A stretch of 64,000 nt of DNA from Paraphysomonas bandaiensis (Eukaryota > Protista > Chrysophyceae), in NCBI GenBank assembly GCA_965644295.1, contig CBFFRP010000348.1, positions 198,477 through 262,476 of the forward strand, written 5' to 3'. The position numbers and the translations under genes were made by a program. Positions within the stretch are counted from its first letter, which is position 1. Each line of letters begins with the position of its first letter. The notes under the pieces were generated by a model, which made no database searches, was not told the origin of the DNA, and saw only the letters and a list, made by a program, of their open reading frames with translations. Below are positions 37,274 to 49,860 of the stretch, piece by piece.

Positions 37274-40071
37274 ATGACAGATCAGAGTAAGCAATCATCA
37301 GGCTCCAACACTCTGAAGGTGTCTGAGAGTAGCGATGAGTTCAGTCAAGTGTATCACTATCTGTCCATGTAAGTGACAGTCCGTCACGTACATACATACA
37401 CATCACCTCATGTCTCATACTCACACAGGTGCATTGATAAGTACGGAAGTGTTTCCGGTCTCGAGGTGTGGAAAGTAGTCAATCCAGAGACAGCGAGCAT
37501 GTTCGATAAGAAGGCGGGTGGTATGCTTCGGTTGCCGTGTTGGGTGGATACCAGCACCCTGCCTGAGGGGGATGATGTCGAGAGTGTCTGTCGACACGGG
37601 TTCAGATTCGGGAAGACATCTGGAATGTCGTTTCGGAGTGGTAATGCTAGTTTTCCTGAAGATTGTATCTCCGGACAGTCTTTTCAAGCAATGTATTGTG
37701 AGGTTGCTGTTGGAAGGGCGTATATCAATGACGGGGCTGTGTCGGCAAAGAAACTTCCAACCGGGTTTAATTCGTTTTACATGTCGAATGAGAAATTAGA
37801 TCGGAATGATGATGGACACTTCAGTATTGCCGAGTATCAGTCTGCTGTCAATTTCGATTATCGCGATCCCAAGTACGTCCGTTATGCTCATCACTTGCTA
37901 TTGCCTATATAATGTCTTTCTTATTGTAGGGAGTACTCTCATGAATACTTTATCAGTGACCCTTCTCAAGTGTGCCCCAAGTATATTGTTCACTTCGTTT
38001 TGAACCACCATAATCCTGCCGCGCAGAGCAAGTTAGGAAGCGCCTCCAATTCTTCACTTTCAAATGAAGAAAACTATGAGTATTTTGATCCCGTTCAGTA
38101 TAGGGCAGTGTCCTCGAAGGAAAAGCTGTCTAATGCACAACTCTCCAGACGGCTGATTACAATACAACAGGCCTATCAATTCGCCCAGGACGAGGCTCGT
38201 AAGGAGGACCCAGTGCTTCAGTCGAAGATAGATTGGATAGACTCTCAGCTTACTGAGATAGACGATGTTTTGAGGGCTGTGAACCTTAATTACGCAGAGA
38301 TGCACGATGTTATTGTGAGTGCTTCTGAATCTGCTTTGCGTCGTTTGGAAATGCTAACAAGGGAGAAGCTAGAACTTCTTCTAAGTGTGGAGCTGGAGTT
38401 GCGTAGAGAGAAAGAAGAAATTTTGTGGGTTGAAGAATTCGTGGCACAGAAACTCAAGGCCCCAAAAAACAAACAGTTGAGCCAGGCGGAGTTGTTATCG
38501 TTTTTGCAGGCCTGGAAAAACCACGCTATCCTGCGTAATGGTCTCAGTCGCCTCAAACCCAAGGAGACGGAGACCCTTGCTACTGTTAAGCCGGATCTAA
38601 ATGTCGTTGCTAACATTGCAGTGACAACTGGAGAAAGAAATAAACACGTCGAAAGGGGTGAAGAACAGGATGAAACGTCTGGAACACCCCAGAGAGAGTC
38701 AGCCACTCCAACTTCCAACAATGGGCAGCAGTCATTCCAGCTATACCAATTCCTCTCTGGCGTCAAGGAAAGCGGTCTGTATGGCGGAACCCCGGCTAGA
38801 CCTTCCGAAATCTTGATATCTCCCGGAACACAAGCACTGGTTGATGTGAACATGTCGAAGATAGAGCACGCGCTGAGTGAAGCTCTGGATGAGGTAGGGT
38901 CGGGAAAGCGAGCAATACCGCTGCCGCAGTCGGTTACGTGGTCCGCAGTCAGCGGAGCGCCATATCCTCTTCCAGGTCCCGCTGCGACCGCACCATCTGG
39001 ATATACCAGTCGGGAACTAGGTGAGGATCAGATCCAGAGACAGTTAGAAGGCCATATGAAGAACGTAATAGGACAAGGGACTTCAGAGCATAGAGGAATC
39101 GGGAGACAGACTAGCGTTGGGCAGCCCAGGGTGCAAAGCTCTACTTCGCCAATCACAAAACAATTGTCGGCCCCAGTACTTCGTACCCAGAGAACTCATG
39201 AAATCTCCCCTGCACGGAACACAGAGTTCATTGGAGTGTCGATTCCCGAGGAGGATACCTGTGATACAAACGACTTTAGCGCAAATGAAGGTGATGTCAC
39301 GGCCCACTTAATGTCAGCCACAGCCCAATATCGCCCCGCTTTCTCTATTCAGGAGGGTGCAGCAAAGAGACGGAAACAACTGTCATCAACCAATTTCAAT
39401 TTGACTGAAAAACATGTATTTCATGGTAGCTCGGTTCTGACTCCGCAAGAAGCCCAGGTAGGAGCGAGATGTAATACCCTTGCTTTGTAATTGCGCTTTT
39501 ATGCAGCATTTATATTTCAACATGCCTTTTTTTGCCCGTCCCCCAGAGTGCAAGCTTATATATTCAACTAGAAAGAACAATAGAGGTATAGCCCATCTAT
39601 TGAAGGCAGCCGAAATGGTGGTACGTAATGTGTTTTGCACTGGAGTTATACTTACGAATGGCGCAGTCTGCTGGCCCCGTTGTCCTTGTCTTGCAGTCTG
39701 GGCATTTTAAGTTTGGGGCATATTTGAATCAAAGTATAACTGCGACTGGCTCTTGGTCAGGAAGCCCAGCATGCTTTATATATTCCGTCACCCTTGACTT
39801 GAAGTTCCCTTATCATGGCCGCTGTCCTCCAGGGCGTGGACAATCTGACTTTCCGTGCGCATTTTTTGTAGACTACGATCATATTGAAATTGGAAATGGT
39901 GATCTGCATATTGACGAGAGCTTTATCACTGGGTACAGTGAGCTGGAAGGGTGCTACGGCCTTGGTCTACCCAGGGGTAGTGCTGAAGCGAGTGCAATTC
40001 TGGCTGGTAGTGGTAGCTTTGAAATTGATGATCTCGAACTCTGGTATATTGCGTCTACGTCGACTGCGTAA
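37274..40071 (+). CDS. PARP catalytic-like domain with EF-hand loop + coiled coil + C-terminal TLDc domain
   Basis: Introns 37369-37428 and 37873-37929 give SDEFSQVYHY..VWKVVNP..MFDKK..CRHGF..MYCEVAVGR..HEYFISDPSQVCPKYIVHF. TLDc motifs: CKLIYSTR, GPVVLVL..FKFGAY, WSGSPACFIYS, IGNGDLHIDE, FEIDDLELW. Confidence 0.75.
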
Positions 40072-41055
40072 TTTTATACTTCGAAGTGGAGAATGTACTG
40101 CGAAACAGTGTTGTATATGTTATTTCTGCTGGATCCCATGCGTCAGTAGTTAAGAATGTGGTATATAGAATGTAGTGTATCTGGTAACCAATTTTAAAAT
40201 GAAACTGTGAAGGGGAAGTGAAGCATAGTTTCCATTAAAGTCATACCCAAGCATAGAACAGCCTGATAGAAGCTTTAATAGGTTACTGATAGTATATTGC
40301 TTTCGTATACTATTGCTACAAAGCGCTGACAGTTTCAGGCTGACAGAGAGAGACGCGATTCACGCCAAATTTAGAGGCAAGGTATAATCAATAGTCTATA
40401 ACGCAGTTGTGCCATATCGTACATCGTACAGATCTTATAAAATACGTTAGTATACAGCTATATATTAGCTGCCAACCTAGCTTGCTCAACTATCTTTCAT
40501 TCCTGAGGCAACGATTCATGCGTAAAAGTAGCTCTAAATGCCAAGGAGTTTTACTCTTCTGAAATCAAATATAATTGCTATTATTGTTATTTGCTGTCCT
40601 AATTTCAAGAATGGACGAATCATCGCAACAAGTTGAAAGTAAATTAAGTGATATTCATCTCTGGTTGTGTGATATGCAACAGGGGACAATATATTCTATT
40701 GCAATTAATTGTAGAAATATAAATGTTACTATAATATAATACTATTGCATTCACCAAAAGCATCTAAATTAATATATATTGATTATGGATAATCAGTTTC
40801 ATCATTGTAGTGATCTACTTTTGCACATGACAATAATAATCCACTACTCGCTGTTGATGAGTCTGGCAGTTGAATATATTGCACCCGTCCCCTACGCCTT
40901 GACGCTATATCTAACATCTAACGATCACCCACACATTTAATTCATCATACCAAAACATGAAATTAGAATACATGAAGCAGAGAATAGTGTATAGTGTATA
41001 TGGATTATGGATGTATGACGTTACTACTTTCAACTTGAAACAATAATACAATTTT

Positions 41056-42985
41056 GATACCTACCAAGCAATCTTTACAGACGGATCATACACGCCTGCA
41101 GCCCTCTCCCCGCGCCGCATCACACATGTGCCCTCACGTCTAAGATGGACACATCATGGAGGAGCGGCGGTTGTCTGGCTACCCCCTGAGGACGAATGGC
41201 AGACCGGCACTACAAAAATCCTGCGCTTAGAGACACCCTTCAGCGATGTACCTGGACTTGGACCGTATGCGTACGAGCTTATGGGCGCTGCAATGGCACT
41301 AATACTATCGGCGCGGATCCATGCACATGTGCCGATTAACACAGACTGTCGTCTGCATCCGCGCGGAAGAGGCACTTTCCACCAGACGACGAGCCCTAGG
41401 CCATCGTGCCAAGGGAGTCCTGCTCGAAAGCATTGCAGCAACCACAGATTGCACTAGGAAAGTAGCATGGGTTCGATCACACCCGGAAAGACGCGACCAC
41501 CACCGACGAATCTGAATGGACATATGAAGACAAAGGTATATACCTTGCAGACGCAATAGCTGGAGAAGACTGGCTTGAGGTTGATCGTCTACTGGGCAGA
41601 CAAAACTACACTGTTTGTAACATAGAAGTAGACCAAGCCATCGAGCGAATACTCACCGCGGGCTTATGGCACTGGCGCATTTCGGGGGAACGACGGCTAT
41701 TTCGTACGAGCCCCCTGCTAACAGACTTCCAGTCCCTCCGCAGACAACGGACGCTGGAGTTCTACACTGCATACAGAGATCAACACTACGGTCACAATCC
41801 CGACAGGGCACCCAGATACTGGACAGACAGTGGGGCAAGCAGGTGGTGGTCCAACAAAGGAAAAAGATAGCTCCCACCTACGCCAACGAGTGCTCAATGC
41901 AGCAGTGACATGGGACAAATTCTTCAGCATAGGTCGAAACCGGGCTAAAACTAAACACGGACTAGACCTGACCAAAGCCGTCTGTTTTGACTGTGGATTT
42001 AGATTGGACTCCCTCAAGCACATGTGCCTAGACTGCACATATGACGCCATCACTCAAATAAGGGAATCGGCATTTCACAACCACAAAAACGCGCTTCAAG
42101 AGGTACTGAGAAATTCGGTCTTCAAGAGACTCTCCAACCGGGCCTGGAACCCTTCCGTGCCACAGGTGGAAAGATTATGGACAGGTACCATCACCACTGC
42201 ACAACTAGAGACGATTTTTGGAGATCACATCCATCAGCCCTTGACAACCCAAGGTCTGCGCAATCTCGAAACAGCGGTCATCAGCTTGCTTCAACCGCTT
42301 TACGACGCCGCTAAATTAATGATTCAGGACCGAAGTCGACGATACATTACCTCACACAAAGGACCCCCTAGGTTACTCCCGCGACCGCGCCCGCAACACA
42401 AACGGAAATGGAAACGCCCAAGGGTGCTACGATTACTAGGAGTCCAAAGACGACCAGAGACGGGACTACCATCCACTGCAACCACATGCACCACCTCTCA
42501 TGCACGCAGGAATAAAGCACCGGACTGCTTGAAAACATCTGGTCCTCGACAAAGACGCCGTCTCCGGCAACTACACCTATGCCTGATGCCCAAGCGATGC
42601 AAGGAAACAACGACACCCTCCACCACTCCACTCCCCTCACAGAACACACATCTAGTGCTCGGTACACTCAGGACCTTAATACAGAACCCGGTACCTCAGA
42701 GCCAGGCGGAACCGTATCCCAAGGGGAGACCCCCGGACAACACGCGCCAGTGAGTCCTCAGACACACGAGCAGGGCGAACTCACACACAACATCAAGAAC
42801 GGAAGTGGTTGCACCTTGGTGCTTGCGGCGACGCACAAGCAGCTTCTGTAGCGTTAAATAGTAGGATAATAGAATTTGTGCTGATTAGTTATGGGTAGAG
42901 GCTTACTAGTAGACTAGTATTCAACTAGCCGCTATATCGGAACGAGTTTTTAACGCCTATTGCTAAGTAAAAAGACATTCAATAT
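41056..42985 (+). mobile_element. 5'-truncated, frameshifted non-LTR retrotransposon (RNase H + C-terminal Zn knuckle + 3' tail)
   Basis: RNase H motifs across frames: IFTDGSY, GGAAVV, AYELMG, INTDC, WVRSHPERR, WTYEDKGIYLADAIA. Zn knuckle CFDCGFRLDSLKHMCLDC. GC-richer than flanks and intronless; no RT in the retained part. Confidence 0.75.
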
Positions 42986-43119
42986 AATATAGAGGGAAAA
43001 TATAAAATATATATATTAGAGTCTGGTAAAGGTATAAGAATAGCTTAAGTGTGAACTAGATTTTGATTAAAAATTACATCTTCATGAAAATTTTAATTGC
43101 GAATAGTAAGACATTTCTT

Positions 43120-43275
43120 TTATCTAACGTGAGCCACTTTTGTAGGCAGCAGGTATTTTTCTGCCCATTCACAGCCTTATGCTTGTGTGATGCAAAGGGC
43201 ACAACACTCTAAAGTAAGCAGATGTCAAGTCTATATATTAACATTCTGCTTGCTGCGTGATTACTTGGAGTGATT
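43120..43275 (+). repeat. Degenerate internal fragment of the SINE-like repeat, copy D
   Basis: CTAACGTGAGCCAC..GCAGCAGGTATTTTTCTGCCCATTCACAGCC..ATGCTTGTGT..AAGCAGATGTC..AACATTCTGCTTGC..GAGTGAT aligns with copies A and B. Confidence 0.65.
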
Positions 43276-43819
43276 AATGATAAATTAAATTCACACCATT
43301 CGGCATCTGTGTGGCCAACAAAAAGGCAATGCGTGAAGTGAACCTCACATGCATCACAATGACAATGCAATCATATCTGCAATGTATTGCTACGCGAGTT
43401 CTGCCTAGTCTTGTTTTTCCTCAATATAAGGTCATTGAGATCACTATGACAACGCTCTGACACTGTTTTCCAAGTAGTAGTGTCTGGTACATTTTAGCTT
43501 TGGTGTTTTCTATTGCTTTGTGGCCTGAACCGGCTCTTGATCTCGATATCCTCAGACCAAACAATTAATGTTGATATAAAGAAATAGTAAATATAATCCA
43601 ATATAAATATACCAAAAGCCTATGACTTCGTAATGATCATCCCAATTAGTTTGTCAATTAATTCACAAACTTTAGAAGATAGCGCAGTTGTATTAGATTG
43701 TGATACAGATAGTGTCAATTTAGAAGGCGATGACGTGAGTTAGCAGCATTTGAGGACGATCTGACGCTCTGTACACCAGGCGCCAATCTTAGAAATCTTG
43801 AAATTTTGTCGCGTCTTGG

Positions 43820-43900
43820 AGAAAGAAGAAATCCAGTTTGGAAGTATTTTGGGTTCTATCCAGCTGTTGTAAGTGCAAAGAAGTATCGTACTTGCTATGA
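43820..43900 (+). pseudogene. Possible BED zinc-finger (hAT N-terminus) relic
   Basis: Reads ERRNPVWKYFGFY...KKYRTC; only the VWKYF motif supports the call. Confidence 0.3.
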
Positions 43901-44469
43901 TAGCGCGTGCCCTTGATGCAGAACTACATCACTAGTTGGAATACTCTGTGATTGCATGGATCATGAGCGGGCCGGGATGCTGTAATTACTTGAAATGAAG
44001 CAAATGTTAGTAACGTGATTGATGAAGAATATATGCATGATATGATGTCCATGTGTGTATATCTGCACAGCACTGCAGCACTGTGGAGCAGGATATCCAC
44101 AGCACACTGCTGCTGTATCCGTGCACAGGCCGGATGTTTAACGGGAGAACGGCCGGCTCGTCCCGGCCTCCATCAAGTTGTATAACTGTTGTCCACCTGC
44201 ATGCGTACCTGTCCACCTGTACCTCTATTGCTGTAGTTCCGTGTGCATCAATACATACACAACTCTAATATACTAGTACAGCAGTACAGCAGTACAGCCG
44301 TACCTGTACCTATAGCAGTACACCTGGCCGTACATGCTCGATTGCAGTCAGAAGACAGAAGAGCTCAACTCTGTTCGATCACTCTGAAGCAGAGGAGTGG
44401 ACAGGAGAGGACCGTGTCTGAACTTTGCGTAGAACTTGCACGAGGTGTTAGTTGATATTGATTTAGAGG

Positions 44470-46314
44470 ATGTCAAAGCAAGGTGGTGTTTGTTAGTGTA
44501 CTTTGAGATCACCACACTGCTCACGTTACATGCACAGGCGAGAGACAGAAGGGCAATGCCAAAGAGAAGGACGTTCGCATGTCCAATATTGTGGCAGCGA
44601 AAGGTAATGATGTATTGTGGTTATCGCTATAGAGTGCTCATATATAAAACAGCTGTTGCTGAGACTGTGCGGACAAGCCTTGGCCCGCGTGGTATGGATA
44701 AGATGATTCAGAAAGGTGATGGTGAAGTTCTCATTACCAACGATGGTGCAACAATATTATCTCAGCTACAAGTGTTCCACCCTACTGCCCAGATGTTAGT
44801 GCAACTGTCGAAATCCCAGGATATAGAAGCTGGAGATGGCACGACTGGTATATGTGTTATCGCTGGATCATTGCTCTCTGCATGCTCAGAATTACTGTCC
44901 AAGGGAATCCATCCCACGATGATTGCAGAAGCATTTAAAGATGCTGCAGCTAAAGCTGCTGAAATATTGGTCGGTATTGCACGTCCCATTGATCTTCTCG
45001 ATCGAGAAAAGGTCTTGGACACTGTCAATACCTGCCTTTCCTCGAAGGTTGTGCACCATCACGCAGACGTGTTGTCTCCAATTGCAGTAGATGCTGTGCT
45101 TAGTGTTATTGACCCTCATACCGCTACCAATGTTGATCTTGATGATGTTAAAATTGTTAAACAAGTCGGTGGTACGATGGATGACTCCGAGTTAGTCCGC
45201 GGATTGGTGCTACAACGTGGAGCTAAACATACGGCGAATGGGCCTACTAGGATGGAGAACGCGAAAATTGCACTAATTCAATTCTGCCTCTCTGCTCCAA
45301 AGACAGATATGGAGAACAACGTGGTAGTATCCGATTACGCTGCCATGGATCGCATCCTACGTGAAGAGAGAAAATATATTCTTGGACTCTGTAAGAAGAT
45401 AAAGAAGACAGGATGTAATGTCTTGCTAATTCAAAAATCTATCTTGCGGGATGCATACAATGACCTCGCCCTACATTTTCTTGCTAAGCTGGATATTATG
45501 GTTGTCACTGACATAGAACGTAGCGACATTGATTTCATCTCGCGTACTCTTAAAGTACTCCCTGTTGCGCACGTCGACCACTTTTCCCCCAACAAGCTCG
45601 GGTCTGCAGGCCTGGTACAAGAGATCTCTATAGGCGGTAGCTCCTCCAGAGTCGTCAAATTTAGCGACATAGTAAACATGGGTCGCACAGTAACTGTTCT
45701 TATGCGCGGGAGCAATAAGTTGGTTCTGGACGGTAATAGGATATGAAAATGTCATACACTTTTTATTTTACTCGCCCTGTACTTATATTTAGAGGCGGAT
45801 CGCTCACTTCACGATGCTCTTTGTGTGGTTCGGTCCCTTGTCAAAAAGAGGTGTGCTAAGCCTGTGTGTATCTGTCTTGTGTTTACGATAGTGGTGCATC
45901 AGGTACATGATTGCTGGTGGTGGAGCCGGAGAGGCAGAGTGCGCCCTGCGACTTACACAGTGGAGTAAGACACTGACCGGAGTGCGCGCATACTGTGCCC
46001 GTGCCTTTGCAGAGGTTGTGAATTTTCTTCTTGTTCTACTTTCCTTCACACACGTTACACAGGCTCTTGAAATCATACCCTACACCCTGGCGGAGAATGC
46101 CGGTATCAACCCTATCGCACTTGTCACTGAACTCCGCAACCGTCATAACCAGGGCGAGACATCTGCAGGTATTGACGTACGTCGCGGAGCCATATCTGAC
46201 ATGTGGGAAGAGCATGTGGTGCAACCACTCCTCGTCAACCTGTCAGAAATCGGACTCTCTACTGAATGTGTTGGAATGATATTGAAAATTGATGATTTAA
46301 TTCCAGTCAGATAG
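44470..46314 (+). CDS. CCT4: T-complex protein 1 subunit delta
   Basis: Spliced start [46 protein letters not shown]. Also [43 protein letters not shown]. Confidence 0.95.
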
Positions 46315-47078
46315 ACACGTGCTTTCTGCGGTTGCCGATCGATATAGTGTAGCACTACAACTCACGTAGTGACGTTAAAATCCAAGTTAAGCAATAATTT
46401 GTTTGTTACAGTACTTGTTGGTATTTTAAATTGTCTTTGTTGTAATGTTATAATCTGAGGGCAGATCACCAATCGAAAAGCATAAATAATATGTATAGAG
46501 ACTTACATACGTCTAACAGGGCTACGTATCACTTTGTTATCATGTTGGAATACGTATGTTCTCTAAGGCAGGCTATAGTCAATAGCAATTATTAGTAGGC
46601 AAAGAACTTCCATTTTTCTTTGAGGTTCCTAGCTAGAGTGAATTTGGTAGAGATTTCGAGATTCTTAGCATAAAATTAATGGGTTGTTATTTATTAGCGT
46701 TGCAATAATTCAATTGAAACTTGAAACAGCAAATAACATTTATATTAGACTACAGTTTGCACCAACTAATTATTACGACTTATGACATTATTACGGCGAA
46801 GGCAACTTTTACTTAACTAAATGTTCCTCTAAAACTTAGACTTGTGTAGTACGTAAGCAGAAGACTCGAAGCTAGGCAATATATTATTTGCCCATATCAT
46901 AGCTTTTGGACCCTCGTCGAGCTCGTAATATAAGATGCACGTAGTTTACTAAATCTATTCAAGACACCCATCAACAAATTCTTGCTCTGATGGTCTAGAA
47001 ATAGTCACAACATCGTTTGCGCTAAAACAGAAAAGAAAAATGCATATAACAATGATATCCCCTTATTTAGTGAGTACA

Positions 47079-47626
47079 TTATGCGGAAATTTCAGTCAAC
47101 TTCTTCGTAACAATTTCTGTCTTCTGCTTCTTGGCTATCATGACCTTGAAGCGGTCAAAGTCGGACAGAGAAGCACGGCGCTTCTTGGTCGCCAATTTCT
47201 TCGCCCAAGAAGTTGACTCCCAAGCAGCAAGAATGCCCTGATCCTGGGAAAAAATAATTAGAGAGACGTAACAACAACATCACCATCATACCTCCCATGC
47301 AGCCACAATCTTCTTCTCTTTGGCGTTGCGAGGGATTTTGGCAACAAAATCAGTTAGAGAGAGTCTCTTAGTAGTCATCACTTGACGATGAATGCCAGTT
47401 TTCTCACGAGGACCATCAACAAGCACCTAATATATATTAAAAATATAGAATGACATGCGCCAGCAACATACTCTGTTGTTATCGATCATGTCAATAATGG
47501 TGCACAACTTTCCGGCATCAGGACCGTAGTTGATTAAAGCCACGCGGCCAACTTCCACAAATCTAGTGAATCCCTATGAATCCATTAATCTCATAGAGAC
47601 GACAACGTGTGATATATACTCACCAT
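47079..47626 (-). CDS. RPL14: 60S ribosomal protein eL14 (missed by ORF track)
   Basis: Four exons: M|[34 protein letters not shown]|VLVDGP...|...[30 protein letters not shown]. Confidence 0.95.
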
Positions 47627-47978
47627 TCTATACCAAATAAGAGAATACCAAACTTTGATTAATTGCCAGCGTTGCAGTCTCTTGCTTCAGTTCTCAAGAG
47701 GGTTTTTCTCTCTCAAGCGGTGCAGGGTGTGATATGATAATAACCACTGATCAACCAATACGATCAGGGGGCAGTATCTTGAATCGTAAGAACTGAAAAT
47801 ATGGGACTACTATTTTTTTACTGAATAAAACTCTAAACTGAAAAAATAGTATCTTTGACAGTCACGGAGGTATGGTGTGTGGTGGTGATAGTTATGTTGT
47901 GTGACTTATAGTGGAAGACATATTGAGATAAGTCCATAAAGTTGGTTTAGTTATATTGCTGGATAGTTACTAGGAAAT

Positions 47979-49017
47979 ATGGTGAGTATATCAGTATCTT
48001 CAGCTTCTGAGTGAATTGTCTTATCATTTTATCCTTTAGCCGTTTGTTAAGGTCATCAAGACTAAGCAGTACTTCAAGAGGTACCAGGTCAAGTTTCGCA
48101 GAAGGCGAGGTGTGTTTGCCTCTCTCATACTTATCATCTTTGTCCTTATAATTTGATTTAATTTAGAGGGAAAGACCGACTACCGTCAGCGTCATAAGCT
48201 CATCACTCAGGACAAGAACAAGTACAAGTCTCCTAAGTACCGCCTTGTCGTGAGAATCACCAACAGATACGTCATCTGCCAGATTGTCTACGCCGAGATT
48301 GATGGAGACAAGGTGCTCTGTGCTGCTCACTCTAAGGAGCTCGAGAGATACGGATTGACCGTTGGTCTGAAGAACTACTCTGCCGCATACTGCACTGGTC
48401 TTCTTCTTGCCAGACGTCTTCTGAAGAAGATTGGCCTTGACGAGACCTACGAGGGTGTGGAGGAGGTTGCCGGCGAGGCTATCTCTACCAAGCACGGAGG
48501 AAAGACCTACTACGTGGAGGAGGTTGATGACGAGAAGAGACCCTTCCGTGCTCTTCTCGACGTCGGAACCAAGAACACCACTACTGGTGCTCGTATTTTC
48601 GGCGCAATGAAGGGCGCCAGCGATGGTGGTCTTGACATTCCCCACAGTGAGAAGCGTTTCCCTGGTTACGCTCGTGATACCAAGGAGTTCGACGCTGAGA
48701 CTCACAAGTCTCGCATTATGGGTGAGCATATTGCTGATTACATGCGTGAGATGGAGGAGGACGACGAGGAGATGTACCAGAAGCACTTCGCTAAGTACAT
48801 TGCCGCTGGTATCGACGCTGATGAAATCGAGTCCCTTTACGAGAAGGTCCACGAGGCTATCCGCGCCAATCCTGAGCATGTTCCTGCCCCCAAGTTCACT
48901 GCTATTGACAAGAGCTTCAAGAAGGCCGGCAAGAAGTCCCATGCCCAGAGAAAGGCTGATGCCGCTGCAAAGAAGGCTGCCCTCAAGGCCGCTGACGAAG
49001 ATGAGGAGGAGGATTAA
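47979..49017 (+). CDS. RPL5: 60S ribosomal protein uL18
   Basis: M|PFVKVIKTKQYFKRYQVKFRRRR|EGKTDYRQR..QDKNKYKSPKYRLVVRITN..NYSAAYCTGLLLARR..GASDGGLDIPHSEKRFPG. Strong codon bias. Confidence 0.97.
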
Positions 49018-49792
49018 TTTCTCTATTCATTACAGTAACTAAACCAGCATTTCGTTTAATCTGTTTTCTCTGTTCTCTGTGTTTTTACCGTTGTACGTTG
49101 TACACAACTAGCGTGGTCTGTAGTTTTAATAGCAAACGGTGTAGCTTGCCGCAGTTTGACAAGTCCATTTTACCCCTGCTCAATATTTTGTATAAGTACA
49201 GTTGAAAGTATCAGGGCTAGTTGCCGTAAACGAAATTTGCAATAAAGTTATTAAGCATGTAGCTTTATATATATGAGCTGCCAACATGTCTAGTTTTAGG
49301 TTTTAGCTGTTGCTTCACTATCATTTCGTTCCAGAGGCGACGATTTATGCGTAAAAACACAAGCAGCTCTTGCGTAATTTAGTCATAACAATCGAATAGT
49401 TTGTTCTACTGAATAATCTTTCAACCTTATTGGTTGTGGCTTGTGGCATACAAGTGCTTCGTGCTGCTTTTAACTTTTAAGGCTTGCTTGCTTTTTCATG
49501 CTGTCCCAACTTCAATTATTGCAAAGCCAATAGTTGACAAGTAATTGCATATAATTGTTGCGCATCCCCGGAAAGTATACTGCACACTGTTCTATAGAAG
49601 TTAATCTATAGATTAAAATTTCAAATTAGAAGTTAAAATAGAACTAACTCTTATATATCTACTTGGTGTTTTCTTGAACTCGTAGTTGCTTGTACTTCTT
49701 TAACAAAGCCATATTCTACAGAAGTGTATACACTAGGCACTTGATTACATGCTCCTTGAAATGATTAAACGAGCACAATTATATATATTAAA

Positions 49793-49860
49793 TTCAACTA
49801 GCCACTACATTGGTGCCGATGTTTAACGCCTATTGCTAAATAATAAGACTTTCAATTCAT
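49793..49860 (+). repeat. Isolated extreme 3' tail of the LINE/SINE family
   Basis: TTCAACTAGCCACTACATTGG..TTTAACGCCTATTGCTAAATAATAAGACTTTCAAT matches 42920-42983 TTCAACTAGCCGCTATATCGG..TTTAACGCCTATTGCTAAGTAAAAAGACATTCAAT. Confidence 0.75.

Noticed and set aside
44436-44650. N-terminal extension of the CCT4 ORF in the ORF track
   Set aside because: Read-through of two introns; the spliced start at 44470 gives a normal CCT4 N-terminus.
48163-48942. 259-aa antisense ORF over RPL5
   Set aside because: Expected shadow of strong codon bias in a highly expressed gene.
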